DNA from: Blasia pusilla
Lineage: Eukaryota
DNA length: 64,000 bases
Reading direction: 5' to 3'
NCBI GenBank assembly: GCA_050084515.1
Contig: CM114271.1
Span: 11,222,001 to 11,286,000 of the forward strand
A program made the translations under genes and the position numbers. Under the pieces are notes generated by a model. It saw nothing but the letters and a program-made list of their open reading frames with translations, ran no database searches and was not told the DNA's origin. Below are positions 1-13,604 of this stretch, in pieces; positions within the stretch are counted from its first letter, which is position 1; each line of letters begins with the position of its first letter.

Positions 1-903
1 AGGAGGAAAGTCATCGCGTAACGAGGATGCCGCCGCCGATTGATTTAGCTTCGCGATGTCCTCGTCGGACTGAATTTCGCAGACGTATTCTATTGTCCGC
101 AATCGGCAGAGTGGAATCCTCGGGGTGTTGTGGCCCTCCATGAGTGCCATCTGCTTTACCACCTGTCAGAACCGGGACAAGAGGAATAAGCTACACTGAA
201 ATCCCAATGAATTGCAATTCACATAATTAAAAAAACCCAGAACCTCTCTTACCCGCTCGAAAATGGGGTCGGTTTCTTGACCTGCTAACTTGTCTGAGAC
301 AGAGGGTGGCAAATCGACTGGGAACTCGTCGATCCGATAGAGGTCGATGTCCTCTGCCGGGCTTGGAGTCGAGAATGACCGCTCTCCGGCTTCTTTGGCC
401 ATGTCCACCATCTCCACGCTGGCGGTCCTCATGACCTCGTCGTCATCGATTTCAACTTCTGTTGTTTCCACTATGTTGATTGTGTCCCCGGACTTTGTGG
501 GGGACATTTCCCGCATCTCAACACTTGCGGTTGGACGGGCTGGGCTATCGTCAATGGCTATCGCTTTTTCCCTCCTCGCTTTAGCCAATTCTGCCCTTCT
601 CACTGACGCGTCCAGACGCTTCTTTTCTCTCTTTTCGTCGGCGATCCTTTTCTTCAAGGAATGCGACGTCTCGGCCTCTGCGTTCTGTTTATCTAGCGCC
701 TCTTGAACACGTCTCGCAAGAAGCACTTGGTTGTGCATCTCCGCTTCCCTTTCCCGCTCCTCGATTTCCTGCTGCCTAATTTCATTCGCCGAACGAGGCC
801 CAGGAGAAGCTGACGCAGGAGTCCTAATGGACTTCGGAGTGAAGCTCCCAAACTTGTTGGCTTGTGATTTTTTCCTCGTCATTTTTGCCGGAAATGCCTC
901 CAC
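1..903 (-). pseudogene. Cargo gene (ParB-like/MTase-like), exon 1 (charged coiled-coil) and start of exon 2, copy 1
   Basis: ORF 166-903 is nearly identical to 60710-61447 and homologous to 30809-31549 and 51624-52196. The GTAAG donor and ACAG acceptor are conserved in all four copies. Confidence 0.75.
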
Positions 904-1156
904 CTATGTCCACGAAGAATTCCTTGATCAGTCGCCTTGCTGATGTCGAGATGGGAACTCGAATCGCCTTGATGGTTAGCTCGAATCGTCCCGCTATCGC
1001 TCGGTCGAACCGTCTCGCTCTCGTTCCCTCCTATCGACTCGCGATGTGTGGCCGTGTGAAATGCCCCTTTGTATCTGATCAGCTGCTGCGCGGGAGAGTG
1101 AGGAGTGAGGAATGAAGATCGCAAAATGAGAAACCGGAAATGAGCGATTTCTGCCC

Positions 1157-1164
1157 TATTTATA
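1157..1164 (-). promoter_or_regulatory. Putative TATA box (TATAAATA) of the cargo gene
   Basis: Conserved at the same relative position at 31751-31758 and 61701-61708, upstream of the cargo ORF. Confidence 0.45.
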
Positions 1165-1249
1165 CTTTTCTAGCCGTTGGGCTGACCGTTGGGTCCCGTT
1201 GTCCTTTCGACCACGACGTGCCGGATGTTACGGAAGTCCGGACGTGAAA

Positions 1250-1985
1250 AATGGCAACCCGTCAAAGTCTGACAGGTTGTGCGGCTCCGCCATCCTAGGT
1301 ACGTTCGCCACATGCGCGAGCAACCCGTCGGAGACCGACGGGTTGAGCGGCTCCGTCGTCTTCAGAAAAGAACACGAGGTACCCGCGCAACCCGTCGGAG
1401 ACCGACATGTTGCGCGCCTCCGCCATCCTGGGTACATCGCCACGTGCGTGAGCAACCCGTCAGAGACTGACGGGTTGAGCGCCTCTGTCGTCTTCGGAAA
1501 ACAACGCGAGGTACCCGCGCAACCCGTCGGAGACCGACATGTTGCGCGCCTCCGCCGTGTTTGGGACGGGAACGGGACGTATCTTGGGCAATCCGTCGGA
1601 GACCGTTGGGTTGCACGCTTCCCTCATCAAGGGTTAGGAACGAGGGCTTCCCGTGCAAGTGGTCGGAGTCTCGCTGGGTGCACCACAAGGCGAGGCCCTT
1701 GCGCAACCCGTTGGACGGCGACGGGTTGCACGCCTCGCCGTCTTTGGGCGAAAAGGCGAGGCACCCGCGACACTCGTCGGGAACAGACGGTTTGCACGCC
1801 TCCGGCATCTTTGGGCAAGAAGGATTGGTATCCGAGCAACTCGTTGGAGAGCGACGGGTTGCTCGCTTGGACAATGTTTAGCAGAAGCGTGCAACCCGTC
1901 CGATGCCGCAGTTGCGTGACCGGTTAGCCGGGTAATTTCGAGTTACCAGGACTCCGACGGGTTCCAAGTGTGATCGCAACCCTCG
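1250..1985. repeat. Dispersed 27-bp palindromes in the region between the two divergent genes
   Basis: Repeated GCAACCCGTCGGAGACCGACGGGTTG variants; equivalent clusters at ~31830-32520, 50470-51170 and 61795-62400. Confidence 0.85.
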
Positions 1986-2114
1986 CTTCCCAAATCCGGT
2001 AACATATTGCAATGAATTGAATGTGTTCTGGTGGATCCATTGTGTCAGACAATGTCACCCACCGAATTCATCGTGTCAGTAAAAATCTGTCAGGAGTATC
2101 TGTTTCCTATTCAC

Positions 2115-2121
2115 TATAAAT
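2115..2121 (+). promoter_or_regulatory. Putative TATA box of the transposase gene
   Basis: TATAAAT about 50 bp upstream of the ATG, followed by (TTCTCA)n; the same arrangement occurs in other copies. Confidence 0.4.
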
Positions 2122-2166
2122 TAAATATTCTCATTCTCAGTCTCCTCCCGTTGGAATCTTCTTGGA

Positions 2167-5100
2167 ATGGATAATTATGTTAAGCTCACTTGTGGCAGTC
2201 ATCTGGCGGCCCTTCCTCAATCGGAAATCATTCGACCCCAAGCTCGTGAGTCTTTCATAGCAGTGGATGAAAATTTTATGTCTGTTCGATTTCTTCTTCA
2301 AATTGGAACCATCTTTGTATCCTGAGATGTTAGGGTGGATGGTACGGAAGACATAATAGGTGAGAAGGTCCAGCCAGTGACCTCAGACTGTAAAGTATGG
2401 AATCTCCTACCTCTACCAAATGGTCAATACAGGGTTTACGGCCTGCCCCTGAATTCGTCTGTTTCCCAAGTAGACGGTCTAGAATTTCCTAGTGCTCCGA
2501 GCTCTACCTCTGCTCTACCTAGAGCAAATCCAAGCTCTGCAGATCCGGCTTCGACTCCAACTTCGCACGCTTGTAACAATGTTGTTTTTCCAGAAGAGAT
2601 TCCGGATGTTATCAACCTCTGTGGATCTGTCGGGCACCAATCGGGCCCTCTGTCCGCCTACTCGTTCCTCTTGCGAGTATCAAGCAATAGTTTGCTTTCG
2701 TCTCTGCCCTTCTTGTCAACGAGCTGCCGCCCACGTACGATGGTAATTGCATTTTTGAGTTGCCTCCACTTGCTGCTCCTGCTCAAAAGAAGGATGGAGG
2801 ACGCCTGAAGGGTATGGACAGAAAGTCTGATTGTCATCGATGGTGCAGGCTTCAACGGACCAGTGCTTCAATTCCAGATGGTCCTTGGATTGTCTCCCGC
2901 CGCCAATGCGTGGGAGCCTTGGAGTGTAGAAGTCCAGCATGCCCGTATCTAGAGCGCAACGGGCGAGTCAATACGTCGCAATTCCCTCCCAAGAATGCAG
3001 AAACTTCATACGAGGTCGGTGCCACCATACGCCGGGAGGCCATGGATGTCCTCATTGTCGCATCGCCCTCTTGCGTTGGAGCGTGTCCGCATACATATTT
3101 TCATTGTCCACAACTTGGGCTCCACGTCGAGTATACAAGGTGGCGGTTCATGTTGGCTCCCACACTCATCCCTGTGACCGATGCAATTCAAAGACACATC
3201 AAGGAGGATGTGGCGAAGAAAGTAGCCGAGGTCTCGAAAACTCTCGGGTTCAAAGCTCGGAGTGATCAAGCTCACAACGGCATCACAAATTTTTGAACAA
3301 TTGCTTGGAATCCTCGGACAGGCGAGATCACGGCGGTTGAGGAGAAACAACTCGGGAAAATCTCGCATTTCGCTGATCTGAATGCTTCGAATTTCTTTGC
3401 GTCATATACAAGTTCGGATGGAAAGACGGCGAAATGGATGCCATCGCGAGAATCAAGGCCAACTCAAGATTTCCATTCATTCAGAGATGGCGTTCATGGG
3501 CCAAGGAGGCGAGGATCCGGGGCCTATGTCTTCAAAATGTCAACCACAGGTCCGTCAAGTGGCCTCGATCTTATAGATCAAATGAGGGAAGGGGAAGATC
3601 TTTACGGGAGTGGGTAAGCTTTGATATTTGCTCAGAGTCTTTGAACGGATGGTTGACCATGGGTGCTCACGTTTATGACCATGTGGAGAAGGGACTCAAA
3701 ACTATATTTATGTGAAGTAAAGCGTAAGACGTTGGCGGTTTGAAGATGTCTTTGGTTACTCTTCTTGGAGGTGGTGAAGGAAAACAAAAGGCCACCTCCT
3801 GAAATTTATGGGTTCATGGCGGACAATGCACAACCTGGGTGGATTGCTATCCGGGAAGTGTTCTGGGGTGGAGAGGTTCAACCGGAGAGGGAAAGGTCGG
3901 ATACTTTCCATTGGCAACAGTCTGTGACCCGGTACACCAAATCTTGCATCAAGGAGAATAAGAGGACAGAGCATGTCACTCTACTCCAACGCTGCAAGGA
4001 CAGCAAAACCTTGAAGCAGGCCATGGAATGCTAGGAAGAACTTCATGGGTGATGGAGGAAGCATGCGATTGAGGGGAAGTACAAAGAGTTGTGCTCTTGG
4101 TTGAGTTGGTGGACTGTACGTATGAGACAATGGGGAAACTTCATGCGGCAGGTGAGTCCACTATTTTGTCTTGTCAAGCTCACGCTAAGAATTTTTTGTA
4201 AAGTTGTAGCTCAGGATGAGAAGCGTGGGAATTATATGGATTTCAAACCCAAGAAACCAAGCAAGCTGTCGGATGCGACGGGTTGCCCGAGTGTGCAACC
4301 CGACGGAAACCTACGGGTTGCCCAAGGGTGTAACCCGACGGAAACCGACGGGTTGCATCCAGATGTTTGGTGCAACCCGAGTGTGCAACCCGTCGGGACC
4401 CGACGGGTCACAGAGTCGTTCATGGGATGCCTCGGCCTTGCAACCCGTCGGGTTCCGATGGGTTGCAGTAGGTAGGTTTAAGGTTACAACACGTCGGGAC
4501 CCGACGGGTCGCAGAGTCGTTCATGGGATGCCTCGGGCCTGCAACCCGTCTGGTTCCGACATGTCGCTTATTTCTTTGACTCCTGAATTATTTTCGTTCC
4601 CTTCTAACATTGCCGTCGTTGCAGGGATTGAACGTTCATGAAATGCCCTCTGCCCCAACACAAGTGGAGCAGAAAGTGTTCATTCCTCTTGGAGGTCGTC
4701 ACAAGCATGCCAACGAATTTCACTTGTGGAGGCATGCCAACAAGACCTGGCAAGAGCAATGCTACGATCTGACATCCCATATGTTTCTCACAAAAGGCAT
4801 AACAAAAGGAAAAGGGCCGTCGATCTACGAGCTCTATGTCAAGACGGCTGTGAGATCTGGTGATGAAAAATTGTATGTCGAAGCCTTCAACCGGTGCGTA
4901 GCTCTAACTCCACTCGAGCAAGACGTACAAATTGGTGGGGATATTCGTGGGCGGGTTTCAAGACGTCCCATACAGATGGTGGTAGAGCAGTCTGAACAAG
5001 ACTCGTGGAGACCAGATAAGTATCTTGACTTCAGGCAGGTAAAGAGGAAGCATCGAGGAACAAATCCGGTGATTGATTTGGATGAGGAAATTACACCGCC

Positions 5101-6125
5101 CAGGTATTCGGGGACCCCGGAGCCGTCCCAAATCCGTGATGGAGTTACTTCTCCAAAATCAGTGAATGTTTTATTTCAAAAGCCCTCCGTTGCTGGAAGT
5201 TCACAACATCCTGTCACTAGGGTGGTTCAACAATATGGGATTCCGGTAATGGAGGTGGATTGCAACCTTAAACGGTGGCATATATTTCAGAGCAACCCAG
5301 GATGTGGACCCACCTGCAGGGCAGGATCTGATGGCATTAGGAGAGCATGCGACACTTTCCTAAATAAGAACTGTACAAGGACTGGACGATCTCTGCCTGG
5401 GTTTTGGGGACTCAAAACCTTTGATCGTTTCACGAGGACCGGGGATCAATTGAAGTACTTCTTCTGCCCAAATGAATCTTGCGCTTTCCGGAAGTCTTAT
5501 CCGGTTGCCATTGGAGCTCCCGGGAATACCCCCACGATTTGGCCCATCGCCGCAGGCACGAACTGCACTCAAGACGAAGTGGACAATCTTACAAGTGTCG
5601 GTTTCAGACTCATAGACGGGGGAAGTTTGGAGCATGTTCGCATTACAGAGACCTTCGCATTTTGTATTCAACCCAAGATTGATGTCAACATGTACCCGGA
5701 GAAGGTCGATGATCTCAATCCATTATTTCTGTTTGAGTCTAGAAATGGGGTGAAGAGAAACAGAATGTGCAGGCCAACGGTGGAGAGAGCAAAGCGAATT
5801 GCATCAGTTCGGGAGGCAAAAATGGAGATCATTGCCACGAAAAATGTCTTGAGTGGCAATGGAATAGGAAGGATGTATTGGGTCAGGAACAACACTGTAA
5901 ATTCAAGTGTCACAGGGGTGTATGTGGTGCACATTTGTTGCTTTCCCACATGTTCATGTGATGACTTTGTCCAAAGAGAGACAAGTGGCAAAAGGTATTT
6001 CCCTTGTAAGCACATGTACTATGTGTTCCTTGGAAGTTTTAAGAGAGTCGGAGGTAGGAGTAGGAATCCACCAACCAATTCTGTCCCTCAAAGAAGTTCG
6101 AAGTATTTTAAACAAACCACTTTGA
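2167..6125 (+). pseudogene. MULE-type DDE transposase with WRKY/GCM-like Zn domain and C-terminal SWIM finger (two exons, intron ~4151-4624; frameshifted)
   Basis: Motifs WVSFDIC (D1), GFMADNA (D2), D[A/T]FHWQQ (C/DxxH) and PNTSxxES[VI]HS (E; in frame in the 36786-37523 ORF). SWIM CSCDDF...PCKH at ~5950-6015. N-terminal RQCVGALECRSPACP...CPHC...CP...HVGSHTHP. Confidence 0.85.
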
Positions 6126-6532
6126 GGATGCAAAATGAGGTTTTAGATTGTACTTTTATTTTTCTCTCAACCTTCACTTCGAGCTTGAACTCTATTCAGC
6201 CCTTGGCAAATGACAGATTTTTTCCACACCTTGGATGGAAAAAGTGATTGGTTCCACACTTATGATTCCCCTGATTTTTCAGTTTTCTAAATTTTGTGCA
6301 ATTTGCAACTCGTCGGACTCAGAGGGGGTTGCCAAAATATGGAAGAGGAAAAAAAACTGTGGGACTGCTTAATATATGAACAAAAAAGTGCAAAAAATTT
6401 CAAACAAAAAATTTCCTCTCTTCAACCCAACGGAAACTCTCTTAAAAAAAAGTATCTATTTCGGTTGACCTTAGTTTCCTCTCTCCTCTCTCCTCTCTTC
6501 CTCTCCTCTTACCGCACCTCTTGGCAGGTCCC

Positions 6533-9500
6533 TCGACAACTCAATGCGGATCCCTCGACCCTTCAGCGTACCCAAATCATGCATACTAAATGCAAAAAAA
6601 CTCCTATAACTCCTAAGGAATAGGTGTATCCGGCGCCGCTATGCTCTTGTCAACTTAGGGCCCATATCTGGCTACAAAGTCTCCATCGTGACTATGGTAG
6701 GACTCTTCGGCGCGGCTGTCGGTGGTTGCTATGGTGCAACCCTGTCTTGGACAAGAGAATTCTCATCTCCACGTGGAGTACCCGGAACCACGCTCGATGT
6801 TGTGGCTATCATCTCTTGGCGTACTTGCAAAACATCCCAAGAAGTCCAAGGATGTCTTTCTCAATCACCCCTGGTGTGTCAATCTCCTCGGATCTCACCC
6901 CCAGCCACTGCCTCAACCGTCTTGGTAGGCATGGGGCTCACCAACGCAACAGTTGTGATCTGTCGCATCCTCAAACGACGCTGCTCAGCTATGCCTAAGC
7001 TAAAAATCCATGTCAAGTAGTTCAGGTCCATCGCTCGACCCAAGACATGAGGTCGTGATGCCTCTGATAGTGACGGTACTACCGTTACACATATAGGGAA
7101 TCCCATCGCTCGCTCATTGGCGTTGGGCTCCACCAACCTCTGTACCTGGTCATCCCAAACCAAGCCAGGTTCGGCCTCCTGGAATGCATATGAAGTAGGA
7201 AAACTCACAAATATGGAAAAGGTTGCGCGTGGCATGCCAATCTTGTTGACCACAGTCAACGGCGGTCGATCATCGTGCCTCACTGCTTGTGATTGAAAAC
7301 CTAGATCAAAGATAGAATCCACCAAAAAATCTGAGGGGCGCTCCACGCTAGCATACATCCGCCGCAAAACCTCATGTGGGACCAAATTGGTCCACCAAAG
7401 ACGCGAGCGGTGTGCTCTAGAACCTACACTCGCCGCATCCAAAAACACGATTGAGACGATCCATGCACGCACCTGATGTGCACCCGTCACCACCCATGAC
7501 CTCAAATCGCCCAAGATCGGCATATTCTCCAGAATGTATGCTAGAGAATGGGACTGATGCTCATGCAAGTGTCACAAAATCTGCATCATCTTCCAAAATA
7601 ACCTGGACCGAGTGTCAGCTAACCCGCTACCTCATCCAACACGTGATTGGCCTTGACACAGCCAACCAACAATGACCAAATCTATGGCCCCTGCCCGCTC
7701 CAAGTCTTGCGCCCCCAGCAATGAAATATCATCCGTTAGGAAACTCTGGTATCCGTGGACAGTGGATGCAGACAATAAGTCAAGAAAATAGAGGCGTAAC
7801 TGTGCCATATGGTGAAGTGAAGCGCCCCTTGTAACATCATCAATCTCCACATATAGGTACTACTGCACGCGTACTCCATCCTGCAAAACAGAGCTAACCT
7901 AGTGCTGATCCCTCCAAAGAGATCCAACACCCGAATACCCTCCTCTCAGATGCGCCATACAATGGGTGTGGTATCCAAGGGCGTCATCATATCACTCTTG
8001 GCTACCTTAGATTCCTCTGACCCGTCACACTCTTGTGCAAAGGTCTCGCTCCACGCAGTCTGCACATGCTCAATGGCTAAGCGTCGAAGCTCCTCAATTG
8101 AGCCCCAAAGCAGCACCTTTCCTCCATGGACTGATGCGGCTACCATGACACTACTCTCCATAGAAATTTTAGGAATGGGAGTATCCTCTGCATGGACATG
8201 TCCCTCAATCAAGTCACTAGGCCACGTGATGGCACTGTTAAATGCTACTAAGGTCGCCAGCTCTCCTGGTCGTTGCTCGATCACTACACCTATGAATCAA
8301 ACGGGTAATGAGCTAAGGCGCCCATCACCTGATTTCCATCTTGGTCTGTAGGACGTTGACTCCTCCCAGTAATCCAGGGAAAACCCCATTAGGTATAACA
8401 CTGCTCCACCAACCAAGACGTTGTAGGAGTCTGCATCAGTCACTATCGCCCTGGCTCGCACCACAGACTCATCGGTAGGATGTCGCAGGAAAATGATCAC
8501 CACAAGCTCCTATCGGGTGATAAACTGAGTGGTACTGGCTCCACCCAAGGATGTCTGTATCCGGAATCGACAACGCTCCACATCGGCTCTAGTCAAGCCC
8601 AGTCCTCTGACTCACACTTTCCCCAACATCAAGGGTTGCGCTCCTGAATCCAACAAGACACGCTGCGGACTAAAAGCTCTACCTCATGTACTCACCAACT
8701 GTAAGACCTCTCCCCGCTTATCGAGCAACACAACACCAGAACAAGCCATGGAACGCTCTATCGCGGGTCTAGCCGGCATCTCTACCATCCTAGCAACCGC
8801 AACCTACCATGAATCTGACGTGGACGGCCGGAGCATTTGCTCCAAGGGCAGGTCCATCACCTCCTCTGCAATCATCTCTCAATGTGATGCAAGAACTCCA
8901 ACTCCATGCTCACATAGTGCAGCGGCCAACCGGAACACCTTAACGGACGTACCACCCAATGTCATAACATCGGAAGCAAAAAATAGCGGAGCACGCTTCA
9001 CCATCGTGGCCACCCCCAACATCGTACTCAACACATGCTCCTCATGAGCATCAGCAATAGGAGTCGTCACACTCATTTCTCCCATTGCCCTTTGTGCCTT
9101 CACACCAATAACATCATCTACTCTTTGGGAACTCTGATCAGGATCCATCGATGGGGTCCCCATTGCCTCGGACAACGTGAAAGACTAAGGAAGCATGGTC
9201 TGTTTCCTGGCTTGCCCTCGTTGCGGATCCAACTCCGCGACTGCTCCACGCGTCACAACTACGGCGGCCTCCATCCAGGCAACCCTCCAGATCCAACCAA
9301 GATCCTCCATATCTCTAGCTGCTCCATATGATGTCGATGCCATGGTTCCGGCATCAGGTAACCTCAATGCCATAGCGGAAATATGCTCCTGTAGCTATTG
9401 TATCTAAGCAGCCATCTCAGCCTCACCCCCGATGTCTCCCTCGATGCGTCTAGGTGATGGGACTCTACCTCCTCCACGGGCAACTCTACCACCCTGTCGG

Positions 9501-11560
9501 GAAACTCCAGCTCCTTGTCCCGCAACGAGACCACTTGGTGCACGACCTCTAGGCCCACCCCGACTGGCTACTTGCTCTGGTGCCCTCTCCGGCCCTTAGT
9601 CCAGACATAACTCAAGGTGTAAACTGAAACACTTGGGCTTGAGCTTGTGGTGCCACAGTCAACCTATCTTGGAGTCCACGTTGCTACACTGGTGGTGTAG
9701 ATAATCGTGACTGCTCTCGCCCAGAACCCATGGTGGCTACGCTCTCCTCCGCCATATTGCACTCAATGTTCTTGGTGGTCCTAAAAACATCTCTCAACAT
9801 AGGGGAGGTATTCATAAGAAGCATCCCCTCCCGCACTTGTGTCCGTAGGGTTTGGTCCAGCATCACGTAACATGACTGGATAGCCTGAGCCTCTGTCACC
9901 CCTTGAGTGACGTTGATAAACAAGCGCAAGCAAGTGTAAGCCTCACGCAAACTCTCACCCGGGTGCCTCTGGAAATCGTGGATGCTCCGTAACTTCTCCG
10001 TCCGTACCCCCTAGTAGCTCGCCCTCAACTCAACGAAGAACTCAACCACGAGGTTGAACCTGGGACGAACCTGACTAGACGGTGTAACGGCTCTAGTGCA
10101 AGTAACCCCTCCTAAAACATCAGTAGTGGAAGAGGAAGTAGCCTCTCCTGACTCCTCCTCCTCATCTAGGAATGGCTCCGTCCATGACACATAGTGTGGG
10201 TCATAGTAGAGTCGCCATGCTTCAATCTCCTCGGCATATCTGTGGGAGAACTCATGGAAATCATCCATGGGTGCTCCCTCTAAATGCTGGAACATACCGT
10301 TCCATTATGTAAATGGGTTGAACTCTCTAGAGTTCCTAGCCCGTTGTAAGTCACACCAACTCCTAAACTCCCCAATGAAGTCGTGTAGCTCTATGGTGCC
10401 TACAACACCCGAAAACCTATGCGGTCCTCTACCTCGATCGTCCATCTTGTACGCCTAATTGGTAGGACCACTCAATGTGTGCCATAGATCACTAGCACAC
10501 CCCTCTATACTCTCCCCCTCATCTAAAGATGACATAGAAGGAGATCGAGGTGGTCTCTCACTTGGAGACCCTCGAAACCTCAAACCACTCTAGGTAAACC
10601 CTCCAGAGCTACTCTCAGGTCCACTACCTCGCCTCTCAAAATCTCAAAAGGACGCCGAGATGGCCCTCATGCCCCTCTCACACGATCACGCTCAATCTTG
10701 CGAGTAATCCCTCAATCACTCAAACTAAACATGTGGCACTCAATCTACCCTCTCTCAATGAGACGTGTGTTGTGCGGCAACAAGCAGCGTGGTGCGGCAA
10801 ATCAACTGATCTATCGTCTCATCGACAACCATACTCAACTCTAGACATCCCACATAAGTCTATGTCCCCTAAAACCAGACTTCATTGATGCTTTCAGCAT
10901 CAGCATGAAACCCAATATCCCAAATAACTTCCCAATACTAGGAAATCCCTAACACGTGCAGGGCAAAGACCAGAATGGGTAACTTGACAACAAGTGTCGA
11001 TGTCGCTCCTTAGCAACTACAAACCTCGACCCCAACTCAATCGTGAAGATAACTCCTCCAATCAGCAAGTAGTGCTCCCGCGGTATTGAGGATGCTCAAA
11101 TCTCCCCGATGTGCGGTGTAGGTCCAATGGCACGGTGCGGCAGTGGCGGCACAGAATAGCTATAAACGGCACAGCACTCAGGAATGGGGTGAGGTTCTTG
11201 ATGGCAAACCCTCCTCAGTCAACAAAATGCAATTTGTTCCTAGTGATGGTGTGGCTCCGCGATCGAGACGGTGTGGTAAGGCCATGAGTGGCACAGCGCA
11301 GCAATCGGCGGCGCGTTGCGGCTACGGGCGTCACAACATGGTACTCGATCGTCGTTGAGCAATTACCAGTCACAACATAGCAAGTGGAAAAGAAACTACG
11401 ATCCCATGAATCCAAAAAGGTCACGCTATTGAAGTCGCGAGTTGATGAATGGCAATGACTCATAGATTCACCAAGTACGGTAGCGGCCGCCCTACTTGGC
11501 CACTCATGACTGGTCCTTGTCTTGAACAACGACAGTAACTTGTGTTGACGGCGGCAGTGG
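6533..11560 (-). mobile_element. Ty3/gypsy element carrying a C5 methyltransferase; truncated copy (gag, protease, DNMT)
   Basis: Collinear with 42530-47600: gag MFQHLEGAPMDDF, protease VLLDSGAQP, DNMT motifs. Cut off before RT by the MULE right end. Confidence 0.85.
7010..7945 (-). pseudogene. DNMT3-like cytosine-5 methyltransferase domain (degenerate)
   Basis: IRVLDLFGGIST (motif I), DLVIVGWLCQ (IV, P>L), YILENM (VI), LDAASVGSRAHRSRLWWTN (VIII), ERAMGFP (IX), HVLGRAMD (X). Confidence 0.85.
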
Positions 11561-12430
11561 CAACTGATAGCGGCGGCAGTGGCGACGGCTCTAACAAGTG
11601 GCGGTGGCGGAAAATGCCAATGGCGACCGTGATGGGCCGAGTTGTGTGCTCATGATTCTTGCGCTCGTGGGTGTTGCGTCCTATTGAGGCACTCATGCAC
11701 ATTTGACGAAGCTCGTCCTTGAGGAGCTCACGCTTCAGGGTAGTGGATGGCTTCAAGAAATGAGTGCCCAAATTTGTCTAAGAACCATCCCCAACCCACT
11801 TCGCCTCATTCCTCGTCGTTCATTCATTCATTCATCCACGAAGAGTCTACCTGAGCGGGATGGCCAAGCGTTGGGTATCTTGAGGCGGTGGTAACGGATT
11901 CACATGTGAAATCGAGCGAGAGAGAGAGAGAGGGAGGTAGAAGCATTGTTGCCGTACAGGGATGCAAAAGGTGGAGAGAATATTGGAGTTTGGTTGTGGA
12001 TCGGCATTGAAATGGTGAGCGGATGTTGGGAGCGGAGCGGAGTGGATGATGACATTCATCGTGTTGGAGAGGATTTTGTCTCATTTTTGAGTGAGTGAGG
12101 GCTTGTGTCGACGATGCATGAAGGAGATGAGATCTCCGCATGAGAAGATCCGGTTTGCATGGCGATGAGCGAATGGCTGCAGTAATTCAGATCAGAGTTG
12201 TTGTGGCTAAACCACCCTCAAGCAGTGCTAGGGATTTGGAGTTCCAATACTCAATCCTACAAAATGCTGAGGTAGGGAGAAACGTGCGGATGGCAATGGT
12301 GATGCAGCCATATTTCTAAGATCGGAACTGATGTTGGGAGTTGGAGGTCCAAATTTTGATTCTTGCAGAGTTGGAGTTCCGATGGTGATGCCGCCATATC
12401 TCTTCAAATCCCTATAGAACTGTTGGAGAT

Positions 12431-13604
12431 TGTGATACCCACAATTTTGTACTTTTGAAGAAATACATCTTTTTATTCAACGAAGACTTGTATATACATT
12501 ATGATTTTGATTATTATATATTATTATGGAGAAGAATGAGTAAGATTAAAGTGAATCACGAAGCTCCAAGAACAAGGTAGAGAGATAGAAAATCAAGGAT
12601 TTGCCTAAGAGGAGAGAAGAATAAAATAACGAAGTCTAAAGACCCAACTAGAAGCTTCGAAAGGACAACGAAGCTCTGTGAAGCTCCTGAACGAAGCATA
12701 ACGAAGCATGAAGAAGAAGAAGAAAAGAAAGAAGTACTTCGCTCTTGAGCGAAGCACGAAGAACGAAGCACTTGGAACAAGAACAAATAATGGAGCGCTT
12801 TGTCTTCAGATCAAGAGAAAGAGCTTCGTCCTCAAGCAAAGCAAAAGAGGTCTAGACTTAGCCGCAAAGCGAAGCTAAGATTGATAATGATTTCATGCGA
12901 CACATAGTTAGAACAGTTAGAATAGGAAAAGATGCAACTTTTTGTATCAGATAGGTAGTTATGACAGTTTTGTTCTGCGGATTCTCAACGATCGTAGGAA
13001 AAGAAAAGAGCACCATAGATCTAGGTAGTTACAAATGTTGAACAGACATCAGCTTCATCAAGAACACTTTGAATCTTTGGATCACTCCTACTTTAGAGAG
13101 TATTTAAGAAGCATAGAAGTAACTATCATCATCATTCTCTTACGAAGTCCTTATGTTGTAGGAATGGTCCGAGCAAGGGAGTAGTACCTTCTCAAGCTTG
13201 TATACACTTTTGAAGCTTTCTCATTCTTGATGGAGTAGTAAAGCAATCATTCATTCATTCTGATGTGCGATGCTTATGTCTGAGTATTCTTTTTGGGTAT
13301 GCAGAGTGAAGAGTGAATCAGGCGAACCTTTCTCATCAATGGAATAATCAACGTAGAGTTGTAGGAAATTTGTTTGACAGAGAGTAGCCTGCCCAGACGG
13401 ATTGAGTTCTGAAAGTAGGAGAAGCCAGCTTCCATGTTGAGATCTCTGTGAGGTTTCTTGATATCGAGAGGAAATCTACTTGAGCGTGTTGTCAACTCCA
13501 CTAGAGAGAATTGAAAAAAGAAACCTTGGTACTAAGAAAGATTCAAAGATATTGATAAGATATTGAATATAAATCATACACATTTAAATACAACTATTAC
13601 AACA
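12431..13604 (+). mobile_element. Possible solo LTR or LTR fragment
   Basis: Begins TGTGATACCC and ends ...ACAACA. Non-coding with GAAGC-rich repeats; interrupts a degenerate repeat tract (GGAGTTCCAATGGTGATGCCGCCATAT-like at ~12230-12430 and ~13690-13920). No target-site duplication seen. Confidence 0.3.

Larger units (their letters stand above)
1..6532 (+). mobile_element. MULE-like DNA transposon, copy 1 (left part outside window; right terminus at ~6532)
   Basis: Contains divergent cargo gene (minus) and transposase (plus). Collinear with copies at 24762-35607, 35608-56398 and 56399-64000. Ends in a CT-rich subterminal tract ...CTCTCCTCTTACCGCACCTCTTGGCAGGTCCC abutting gypsy sequence. Confidence 0.85.

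Noticed and set aside
1199-1927. Overlapping Arg-rich ORFs (ATRRRPTGC, CNPSESDGL) here and in the other palindrome clusters
   Set aside because: These are translations of the GC-rich palindrome in all six frames, and the frames are not conserved between copies.
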